Below, piece by piece: positions 35,878 through 44,040 of a DNA stretch of 55,023 nucleotides (position 1 is the stretch's first letter; each line of letters begins with the position of its first letter). The notes below the pieces were generated by a model, which saw nothing but the letters and a program-made list of their open reading frames with translations, was not told the origin of the DNA and did not search any database. Made by a program: the position numbers and the translations under genes. The stretch is from an uncultured Chlamydiae bacterium (GTDB lineage: Bacteria > Chlamydiota > Chlamydiia > Chlamydiales > JAJFMA01), in assembly GCA_945957095.1 (NCBI GenBank), contig CAMFKD010000001.1:1-55023 (forward strand), read 5' to 3'.

Positions 35878-37470
35878 ATGTCACAGTCGGTTCAACCTGA
35901 GTTTGGTAGATGGCAGCGGCTATTGTGGCCGGTGCATCGCTCCGAATGGAAGAAGCTGATTCCTATGCTGCTCATCTTCTTCCTCATCACCCTAAATTAT
36001 AATGTACTGCGTACGATGAAGGATTCCCTGATTGTGACGGCTAAGTCGTCAGGGGCCGAAGTCATCCCCTTCCTCAAGGTATGGGCGATGTTTCCGATGG
36101 CTATCCTCCTCACCTTCATCTATACACGCTTGGCCAATCGCTGGCCCCGCGAGATAGTCTTTTACATCATGATGGGCTTCTTCCTAGCCTTCTTCTTCCT
36201 CTTTGTCACGGTGCTCTATCCTTTCCGCGACTACCTTCACCCACATGCTTCTGCGGATTGGTTGCAAGAACAGTTGCCGCAGGGCTTCCGCGGCCTCATC
36301 GCGATGTACCGGTATTGGGCGTTTACAGGTTTCTATGCGATGGCGGAACTTTGGGGGGCTATCATGCTCTTCACCCTTTTCTGGGGCTTTGCCAACCAAA
36401 TCACACGTGTCGAAGAGGCCAAGCGTTTCTACGGATTGTTTGGCATTGGCGCTAATTTTTCCGGGATGGTTGCAGGGGTCATTTCCATGCTGCTTATCAC
36501 CTACGGTAAGCAGGTGCCTCTCTCATTCGTCCCAGAATCCGAACGATGGTTATTTCTGCAGCTTGTGCTGGTCCTAACTTGTGGATTGGGTGTCATCGCA
36601 CTATTCCGCTGGATGCACCGAGAAGTGCTGACTGATTCGCGTTTCTACGACCCTGAGAAAGCGGTGGAAGACAAGAAGGTGAAAGGACGCGTTTCGATGC
36701 GAGACAGCTTTGCCTATCTGTTCCGATCGCGTTATCTTCTCTGTATCACGATCATCGTCGTCGCCTATAACATCGTCATCAACCTCGTTGAGGTGGTGTG
36801 GAAGCATCAAGTGCGTGAGGTCTATCCGAATACCGACGAGTTTACCTATTACATGAACCAAGTGATGTTTTTCATCGGCTTGGTAGCGACATCAACAGCG
36901 CTATTTGGAACAGGCAACTTTATCAGGCGCTGTGGCTGGACGTTCACTGCGTTGATTACCCCAGTGGCGCTTCTCACCACAAGTGTTCTCTTTTTCTATT
37001 TCTTCTTCTGTAAGGAAGGGATGTGTTTTGCGGCTATTCCGGTTGGCTTAGGCCTTTCGACGCCAACGTTAGTGGTGTTTTTGGGTTCTCTCCAAAATTG
37101 TATCAGTCGGGCCGCCAAGTATTCTGTCTTTGATGCCACTAAGGAGCTAGCTTTTGTTCCCCTTGACAGCGAATCGAAGCTTAAAGGGAAAGCTGCAATT
37201 GACGGTGTCTGTTCTCGCCTGGGTAAATCGGGCGGTTCTGTCATCCACCAAGGCCTCCTCATGTTTTTCTCCACAATTGTTGCGAGTGCTCCCTATGTCG
37301 CCGCCGCTCTTTTGGTGATCATTGGCTTGTGGATTCTAGCTGTCACGGCTTTGGGCAAGCGTTTTAACGAACTCACGCAACAGCAGACCGCAGATGCTTT
37401 AGCCGCCGCGAAGGCATCGTTAGCAGAGAGTGATGATGTTGAAATGCAAGAGCAAAAGATAGGTGCTTGA
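35878..37470 (+). CDS. ntt: nucleotide transport protein (ADP/ATP translocase, NTT/TLC family), copy 1
   Basis: 530 aa from ATG 35878. A multi-TM protein with NTT hallmarks: NYNVLRTMKDSLIVTAKSSGAEVIPFLKVWAMFPMA, FWGFANQITRVEEAKRFY and KGKAAIDGVCSRLGKSGGS. Confidence 0.92.
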   Translation: MSQSVQPEFGRWQRLLWPVHRSEWKKLIPMLLIFFLITLNYNVLRTMKDSLIVTAKSSGAEVIPFLKVWAMFPMAILLTFIYTRLANRWPREIVFYIMMGFFLAFFFLFVTVLYPFRDYLHPHASADWLQEQLPQGFRGLIAMYRYWAFTGFYAMAELWGAIMLFTLFWGFANQITRVEEAKRFYGLFGIGANFSGMVAGVISMLLITYGKQVPLSFVPESERWLFLQLVLVLTCGLGVIALFRWMHREVLTDSRFYDPEKAVEDKKVKGRVSMRDSFAYLFRSRYLLCITIIVVAYNIVINLVEVVWKHQVREVYPNTDEFTYYMNQVMFFIGLVATSTALFGTGNFIRRCGWTFTALITPVALLTTSVLFFYFFFCKEGMCFAAIPVGLGLSTPTLVVFLGSLQNCISRAAKYSVFDATKELAFVPLDSESKLKGKAAIDGVCSRLGKSGGSVIHQGLLMFFSTIVASAPYVAAALLVIIGLWILAVTALGKRFNELTQQQTADALAAAKASLAESDDVEMQEQKIGA

Positions 37471-37542
37471 TCCTGTAATCAATTTTTATGTGGATAAAAA
37501 CTAATAGTTAGCATATAAATTTTCTTTTTCCTTAGAGGGATT

Positions 37543-39102
37543 ATGAGAAGTAAACAAAAGCATGAGTTTGGTAGGTTGAGGTCGATCCTCTGGCCTATCC
37601 ACCGCAGTGAAACGCGGATGATTCTTCCGATGTTTCTGATGCTCTTCTGCATTTGTTTTAACTACAGCGTGTTGCGCAATATGAAGGACGCTTTAGTGGT
37701 CACTGCTAAAGCTTCCGGTGCTGAAGTGATTCCCTTCATTAAGGTATGGGCGATGTTGCCCATGGCGGTGTTGCTGACGTTGATCTACACTAAGCTTGCT
37801 AACCGCTACAGTCAGGAAAAAGTCGTCTACATCCTCATCACAGGATTTTTGATCTATTTTGCTCTTTTTGCCTTTGTTCTCTATCCCAACCAAGACACCA
37901 TCCATCCGCACCAAACTGCTGAAGCGCTCGAAGCGATGTTGCCTGGTGGTTTTCGTTGGATCGTGGCGATGCTGCGAAACTGGACCTTTACTGCCCTCTA
38001 TGTCATGTCAGAGCTATGGGGTTGCATCGTTCTCACTGTTTTATTCTGGGGCTTTGCCAACGAGATCACCCGTATCGGCGACGCTAGACGCTTTTATGCT
38101 GTCTTATCCGTTGGGGGCAACCTGTCCGCGGTATTGGCTGGTCAGGTACCCACTCTCGTGATGGAAGCGACCATTGGCGATGCTGTTTTTATTCTCATGA
38201 GTATCGTCATCTTCTTAGGCCTTGTCACGATGGCGACTTTCCGTTGGATGAATGTTTACGTCCTCAATGACCGCCGCTATGATGAACTGCATGGACGCCG
38301 TCCCCTCGCCGAAGGTAAGGAGAAACCCAAACTCTCCATGCGTGAAAGTTTAGTGCAGCTAGCGGGTAGTAAATATTTGCTCTGCATCGCCGCTCTTGTG
38401 GTAGGCTATAATCTCGTCATCAACCTCGTTGAGGTGGTGTGGAAAGACCAGCTTAAGCAGCTCTACCCAAGCTTTGGCGACTACAACGCCTACCTCGGTG
38501 ATGTCACAACAGCTGTAGGCTTATTGTCGATGGCTCTATCGTTCCTCATCCCAGTCTTCATTAAGAAGGCAAGTTGGACGGGTACCGCTCTTATCACTCC
38601 TGTCACCATGCTGATTACGGGTGTGGGTTTCTTTACTCTCTTATTCTTTAAGGACGCCTTGCCACCTGAAAGCCTTTTCCTAGGCGCTACACCATTAGCG
38701 ATGGTTGTCTTCTTTGGCGGAGCTCAAAACTGCTTTAGCAAAGGATGCAAGTATTCGGTCTTTGATACTACGAAGGAGATGGCCTTTATTCCTCTCGATC
38801 ATGATTTCAAACTCAAAGGCAAAGCAGCTATCGATGGTGTCGGTTCCCGCTTTGGTAAATCGGGGGGGTCGCTATTGCATCAAGGGTTGCTTCTCATCTT
38901 CACAACACTAAGTGCTAGTGCTCCCTATGTTGCGGCTATCTTACTCGGTGTGATTGTGCTCTGGATCTTTGCTGTTAGGTCTCTGGGTGTGCAGCTGCAT
39001 ACTCTCGTTGCTAACCGCGGCGAAGCCATTGGCGAAGACCGTGAAAAACAGGTCATCGCTACAACCACAGCAGACACAGGGGCGGTTGCTGCGACGACTT
39101 AG
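37543..39102 (+). CDS. ntt: nucleotide transport protein (NTT/TLC family), copy 2
   Basis: 519 aa and collinear with copy 1: NYSVLRNMKDALVVTAKASGAEVIPFIKVWAMLPMA, FWGFANEITRIGDARRFY and KGKAAIDGVGSRFGKSGGS. Confidence 0.92.
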   Translation: MRSKQKHEFGRLRSILWPIHRSETRMILPMFLMLFCICFNYSVLRNMKDALVVTAKASGAEVIPFIKVWAMLPMAVLLTLIYTKLANRYSQEKVVYILITGFLIYFALFAFVLYPNQDTIHPHQTAEALEAMLPGGFRWIVAMLRNWTFTALYVMSELWGCIVLTVLFWGFANEITRIGDARRFYAVLSVGGNLSAVLAGQVPTLVMEATIGDAVFILMSIVIFLGLVTMATFRWMNVYVLNDRRYDELHGRRPLAEGKEKPKLSMRESLVQLAGSKYLLCIAALVVGYNLVINLVEVVWKDQLKQLYPSFGDYNAYLGDVTTAVGLLSMALSFLIPVFIKKASWTGTALITPVTMLITGVGFFTLLFFKDALPPESLFLGATPLAMVVFFGGAQNCFSKGCKYSVFDTTKEMAFIPLDHDFKLKGKAAIDGVGSRFGKSGGSLLHQGLLLIFTTLSASAPYVAAILLGVIVLWIFAVRSLGVQLHTLVANRGEAIGEDREKQVIATTTADTGAVAATT

Positions 39103-39404
39103 GTGATAAACGGTAGATAATTACCGCGGTGGATGCATTCGAAGGAGGCGTTGGGGTATGTGGATAGCCATAGCTTGGGCGCAGCCGCTGCCCTCTTGGA
39201 CCACTTAAATTCATAGCCAAAAAGCGCTCCTGAACGCTCCTCCACCCAGTCTAACTCTTTTTGATCATACGTGCGCCAAAAGAAATTGTGGCTGAACGTG
39301 CGTGTGTATTCCTGCTTCTTTAGACGTTCCATGACTAGGTAGTTTTCCCATAATGCCCCGATGTCGTCTCTCCTTTCCAGTAGATTAAAGTTGTTAATCA
39401 GCTT
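39099..39404 (-). pseudogene. C-terminal remnant of an AAA ATPase of the DUF4143 (COG1373-like) family
   Basis: The 77-aa track ORF (…FFWRTYDQKELDWVEERSGALFGYEFKWSK…) extends upstream in frame as KLINNFNLLERRDDIGALWENYLV, up to a TGA at 39405-39407. Only about 100 C-terminal residues of a normally about 400-aa protein are present, with no P-loop part upstream. Confidence 0.55.
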
Positions 39405-39497
39405 TCATATATGCTTTATTAATAATATGTAATTAAAATTTACATAAATTATTAAATAGTGTATAATTTGTTTTTATTATAGAAAAATGGTGCTATT

Positions 39498-41240
39498 GTG
39501 GAAGAAATCAATGGGCAGCTATCACCCGAATTGTTATCCCAATCATTCTCCATCCAGTTGCAGCCATTAGAAAGGGAACGCGAAGAAGCCAATCCCGCCA
39601 TCACCTTCCCTGCTGTTTCGCCGTGGGATAACGGACCAGAGGGGTTAAAGTTTATAGTGCGACATGTTGTTCGGGGAGCGAATAGCTTGTCACACCTCGC
39701 GCAACGGTGGCTATTTGGAGTGGATGATAGCGCTGTTGAGAATCCAGACTCAGAGGGAAGGACAGAGCTGTGGTATGCTTGTGCTGCCGGTAAGTTAGAT
39801 GTTGTCCAAGAGTTGCTCCAGCGCGGAGCTAATCCCAACGCTGCCGATGTGTTTCAGGCCACTCCCTTTTTTGAGGCATGCCGTAATGGCCATGCAGAAA
39901 TTGTGCGGCTTTTGCTTCAATACGGTGCTGATATTGAAGTTTTTGATAGTTATCATTCGACCCCTCTCGCTTGGGCTAGTTTTAACGGCCACCTTTCAGT
40001 TGTTCAGTTGTTGGTGAAGGCCGGCGCTAAAGTGGATAGCCTAGATAACAACCGAGACACACCACTAGCTAATGCTTGTCGGATGGGTCGTCGCGATATC
40101 GCCGTGTTTTTATTAGACCATGGAGCTGATCTCAATCATGAAGACAACTACCATGGCACGGCACTCTTGATAGCATGTATGAGCGGACAACAAGAGATAG
40201 CGGAGCTATTGCTCGATCGTGGTGCCGATATCAATGTATTGGATAAGCTTGGCTATACCCCACTTCAGTATGCATTGCGTTCCTCTGTTTTTAAAGGAAC
40301 AGAGACATTAGCACGTCTGCAAGCAGGTGATGATGGCACTTCCGAGCGGATGATGCTCTCTAAGGAACTAGCCAACCGGTTTGGCATTTATGTCACAATT
40401 GATGTAAAGGGGCGCCCAATTCAGTTGTCTGGGTGGCATGTGGAAGTAGCGGGCAAGACATTACGACGAGAAGTTGATGCTTTTTATCCCAAGCTGACAG
40501 AGGCAATAGAGGTAGACGGTCGTTTATGGCATGGGATCATGGCACAACTGTCGCGGACAAGTCGTAAAAGGGTGAATGTTTTTGGGAAAAAAGGAATCCA
40601 AGAGGTCTTGTTGGCCGCTCAACACGCATTAACTGATACGACCATGACCACCCCATCTCAAGCACAACGCAAGCTAGAACAAACGGGATTGGTCGCGCTT
40701 CTGCTCTCGACAGGGACCCACGCTGTCGCTGTGGTGATTCAGAAAGTTGGTAACCTATATCGGATCGCCCGTGCCAATAAAGGTGATGGGAGTGAGCCAC
40801 ACCCCGGCATCCATCTCGACTTCTGTGCATCGGTCGATATCGATAAACTGTATCCTAAAGTCGACTTGTCATTTTTCACTACAGACTTTCGCCAGGATTT
40901 TAGGGCCACTAAGAATTCAACTTATATCCGACAAAAGTATCAAAAAACGGGAAATTGCAGCATTGCCAACGCCAATGGCGCTGAGCTAGCAGTACTTTAC
41001 CTTCTTCTGGAACCTCGTATCGGGCATGATGCGGCGTTGGAATTGGCGCAAGCCATCAAAAAACGGCGATGCGATATTTCGAGGACACATTCGTTAACTC
41101 AGTATCTAGATTTCTATGAAAAACACCCACATCTGCCAATCGAAAAACAGGTGTTACATACTCTCCTCAACAAACGAGTCACTGGAACACGCGAAGATAG
41201 ACAGCGCCGCGGGTTAATTAAAGGCTCTATCAGTGCTTAA
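39498..41240 (+). CDS. ankyrin-repeat protein with an unrecognised ~290-aa C-terminal domain (candidate secreted effector)
   Basis: 580 aa with a GTG start after an AT-rich region containing TATAAT (39462-39467). About five ANK repeats span aa ~88-262 (TELWYACAAGKLDVVQELLQRGANPN, TPFFEACRNGHAEIVRLLLQYGADI, TPLAWASFNGHLSVVQLLVKAGAKV, and so on). Confidence 0.85.
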   Translation: MEEINGQLSPELLSQSFSIQLQPLEREREEANPAITFPAVSPWDNGPEGLKFIVRHVVRGANSLSHLAQRWLFGVDDSAVENPDSEGRTELWYACAAGKLDVVQELLQRGANPNAADVFQATPFFEACRNGHAEIVRLLLQYGADIEVFDSYHSTPLAWASFNGHLSVVQLLVKAGAKVDSLDNNRDTPLANACRMGRRDIAVFLLDHGADLNHEDNYHGTALLIACMSGQQEIAELLLDRGADINVLDKLGYTPLQYALRSSVFKGTETLARLQAGDDGTSERMMLSKELANRFGIYVTIDVKGRPIQLSGWHVEVAGKTLRREVDAFYPKLTEAIEVDGRLWHGIMAQLSRTSRKRVNVFGKKGIQEVLLAAQHALTDTTMTTPSQAQRKLEQTGLVALLLSTGTHAVAVVIQKVGNLYRIARANKGDGSEPHPGIHLDFCASVDIDKLYPKVDLSFFTTDFRQDFRATKNSTYIRQKYQKTGNCSIANANGAELAVLYLLLEPRIGHDAALELAQAIKKRRCDISRTHSLTQYLDFYEKHPHLPIEKQVLHTLLNKRVTGTREDRQRRGLIKGSISA

Positions 41241-41260
41241 TCAATATCCAAGCCAACTTT

Positions 41261-42922
41261 TCAGTTCGTTTGAATATAAGCCATAGCTTTCAAGCCAGAT
41301 GCAAAGCCTTCTTCAGAAGTCACAGTATGCGAGATCAGATCGCCTAACGCTTCTGTGATTTGTACGGTCAACTGTTTAGTGGAGATGGTCTGCTCGCCAT
41401 AAACACCGTCGTAGATGACATTGAGAAGCTGCAACAACTTGCGCCGCGTCTCTTTGCTTTCTGCTTTGGTAAAGTCTAACTTATTCAAGACCTTGAGAAG
41501 ATTCGGCATCAACGCACTAGTCAGCTGCCGTTGCTTTGCTGTTAGAGCGTTGCCCGAGAAGAGTCGGATGACTATGGCTGCCGTTTTACCCGTAATATAG
41601 CGCGCAGGCCAGGTCGTCAGCCATCCTAAAGAGAACTTGATGCTGCGTTCATAAGAGAGGAGGCGGCGCAACGTCGGAACAGTGTCCAGCGCAAACTTTG
41701 TATAGCTGGAAGGGGGCTTGCCAACCTTAGCCTTCAAACGTAATTGTCGTGCTTTCTCTATGCCATGGACGAGGTCTGCAACTCCCGCTACAACGATCGG
41801 GGCATCAGGGAGGGCCCAGATGTTCTGGATTGTTGCACTGTCAGGCAGAGCATTGACTTTGTTGGTTTCAAGGGCAAACTGCTTCTTGAGTTCATTGAGG
41901 ATTTTAGTTTTCTCTTGCGGAGCCATCGCCTGATCGATCGGCATCATGTCAAAAAAGCGCTGAAGAATATTCACCAAGAGTTTGCACATCTCCGCTGATC
42001 GTTTGCCACCAAGCTGCTTTTTTGGGGTGCCCTTAGCTAGGGCATTTTGGTCAAACCAGCCGTCGAGGGTCCGGTATGGTGATTGATCAATAGATGATGC
42101 TACCTCGTCAAAGAGAGGATCGAGAAGAGCGATATCCTGTTTGCTGTCGGCAGGAAGATGTTCGTAAAGGAATGTGCGCAGAAAAGTGCTGAGCGCAGGA
42201 CCCATGTGATTTCTTAAGTTGTGCAGCGCGGTCCCAAAGGTGATGGGCGGAGGTTGTACGTCTGGTGTCAATGCGATAGCCGGTTTCGACGGCCCCATCA
42301 GCTTTTGGCGCATTACCTGCTCTGCATGCTTACCACGTATCTGCAGCTCGCTTAAGTTGATGTGATTGATCGACTTTCGCCAGCCTATGAAGACCATGAC
42401 CCTATTAAACACAGCTGCAATGGTATCAAGCAGACCACCAAAGAAGCCGCGTCGGCCTGACAGCGCAAATTGGCCAGTGGCCACTCGGTCGATCGTTTGA
42501 GGCAGATCCTTCATATGCCCGCGAAACTCTCGCGTTGCACTATTGATTGCCTGTGCTTTAACACTAAGAGCACTAGCAGTTCCTGGCAGGTAGCCCGATA
42601 GAACAGAGAGCTGGCTTATTATGCTTTTAGCGAACGCTTTGACTTCGCTTCTAGTCTCCAAAACAGCCCGTTCAGCAGTCTGACGTAGCCCTTTGAGCTC
42701 ACGAATATGTTTGTCGAGAGGAGAAGCTACCTTTTGGTCGGGACGTCTGGCAGCATTGGCTTGTTGGATAGCAAAATCCAAAGCCACCATCGCTTCTTGC
42801 CGTATCCGCTGCTGCGCTGCTGTCGCACCTGCTAGAGCACCACGCACTGGACTCATCGCAATGTCCATCTGTTCGTTGGACGATGCATGTCTAACAAGAG
42901 GTATCTTGGGAATGCTATTCAT
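41261..42922 (-). CDS. hypothetical protein, no recognisable domain (candidate effector)
   Basis: 553-aa uninterrupted ORF with AT-rich flanks. It has one hydrophobic stretch (FFGGLLDTIAAVFNRVMVFIGW). I recognise no motif. Confidence 0.7.
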   Translation of the reverse strand: MNSIPKIPLVRHASSNEQMDIAMSPVRGALAGATAAQQRIRQEAMVALDFAIQQANAARRPDQKVASPLDKHIRELKGLRQTAERAVLETRSEVKAFAKSIISQLSVLSGYLPGTASALSVKAQAINSATREFRGHMKDLPQTIDRVATGQFALSGRRGFFGGLLDTIAAVFNRVMVFIGWRKSINHINLSELQIRGKHAEQVMRQKLMGPSKPAIALTPDVQPPPITFGTALHNLRNHMGPALSTFLRTFLYEHLPADSKQDIALLDPLFDEVASSIDQSPYRTLDGWFDQNALAKGTPKKQLGGKRSAEMCKLLVNILQRFFDMMPIDQAMAPQEKTKILNELKKQFALETNKVNALPDSATIQNIWALPDAPIVVAGVADLVHGIEKARQLRLKAKVGKPPSSYTKFALDTVPTLRRLLSYERSIKFSLGWLTTWPARYITGKTAAIVIRLFSGNALTAKQRQLTSALMPNLLKVLNKLDFTKAESKETRRKLLQLLNVIYDGVYGEQTISTKQLTVQITEALGDLISHTVTSEEGFASGLKAMAYIQTN

Positions 42923-43044
42923 GTAAACTTGATTGTTGTTTGTTGAATATTGATTTTACAATACAATTATTATAAATTCAATTCAATTAACTTAATCTTA
43001 ATAACATGTCAGCAAGGAAGGATAGCAACAGCGCGCGTCCAACC

Positions 43045-43211
43045 GTACATGTTCACCTAGTCCAGCAAAACTGAAAATGATGAGATTAAGCGACATATGA
43101 AAACGAAAAAACCGAGTAAATAGCCAGAAAAGCCTATTTACGAGGTTTTTTCGATTTTCAGATGCGCTTAAGATCTTCGTTTTCAGTCTGCTGGACTAGG
43201 TGAACATGTAC
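43045..43211. mobile_element. MITE-like non-autonomous element: 23-bp perfect TIRs, 8-bp target-site duplication
   Basis: The left TIR GTACATGTTCACCTAGTCCAGCA (43045-43067) is the exact reverse complement of 43189-43211. The arms extend imperfectly to about 35 bp and the interior is itself palindromic. GTCCAACC flanks both ends directly (43037-43044 and 43212-43219). There is no ORF inside. Confidence 0.75.
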
Positions 43212-43963
43212 GTCCAACCGGCTGAGGCCCCTTGGATGTTGACCGGAAAGCAAGAGAGCTCAAATCCATGCGAAGGCAACATATCTAGACAATGCAGCTT
43301 TTCCAAATGGCAGTAGCCAATATCTCGGCCAACTCTATGACCTTCCCAGATAATGGAGGGGTCCCCATGTTCCGCGTAGCGCTTTGCGGTATGAACAAAG
43401 GGAGCATCCCAGCTCCAGGCATCGGTACCCGTAACCCGCACCCCACGTTCCAACAAGAAAAGAGTGGCTTCTCTGCCCATTCCACAGCCAGCAGAGAGAT
43501 ATTCCTGTGTGCCAAATAGTTCTCCAGCACGCGTGTTGACAAGGACAATATCCAAAGATTGCAGGGTGTAGCCAATGCGTTTTAACTCTTGTTCGACATC
43601 CGATGCCGTTGCGACATATCCGTCAGGAAGGTGACGAAAGTCAAGCTTGACACCTGGAGCAAAGCACCATTCCAAGGGTACTTCGTCGATCGTGATGGCA
43701 CGTTTGCCACCATCCATGGTGGAAGCATAGTGGTAGGGAGCATCGAGATGTGTCCCATTGTGTGTGTATAGAGTCAACTGCTCAACAGCCCAGCCTTCAC
43801 CATCGGGCAGATCGCTCTCCTTTAGACCAGGAAAAGACGCACACATCTGGGCGACCGTCTCTTGATGGCTTAAATAAGTCACTTGAGCAGGCATCCAAGG
43901 TGGGTCACTGTACGCGGAATTACTAATGGGGATCGAGAGATCAATGATACGACGCTTCTTCAT
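43196..43963 (-). CDS. cyclase-family protein (arylformamidase / kynurenine formamidase-like), C-terminus altered by the MITE
   Basis: 255 aa. HNGTHLDAPYHY matches the HxGTHxDxPxH metal-binding motif of the cyclase/KynB family. The last four codons and the stop (YMFT*) are encoded by the element's TIR. Confidence 0.78.
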   Translation of the reverse strand: MKKRRIIDLSIPISNSAYSDPPWMPAQVTYLSHQETVAQMCASFPGLKESDLPDGEGWAVEQLTLYTHNGTHLDAPYHYASTMDGGKRAITIDEVPLEWCFAPGVKLDFRHLPDGYVATASDVEQELKRIGYTLQSLDIVLVNTRAGELFGTQEYLSAGCGMGREATLFLLERGVRVTGTDAWSWDAPFVHTAKRYAEHGDPSIIWEGHRVGRDIGYCHLEKLHCLDMLPSHGFELSCFPVNIQGASAGWTYMFT

Positions 43964-44040
43964 AATGTACTAAACATTGACAATTAACAGCATTACCTTC
44001 ATAGTTTACCTTTTTCTTATTAAAAGGTAAGTCTTAAAGT

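Noticed and set aside
36081-36577. 124-aa alternative-frame ORFs inside the first NTT gene
   Set aside because: They are out-of-frame overlaps within a strongly supported transporter CDS, and their translations are Arg/Ser/Cys/Leu-rich.
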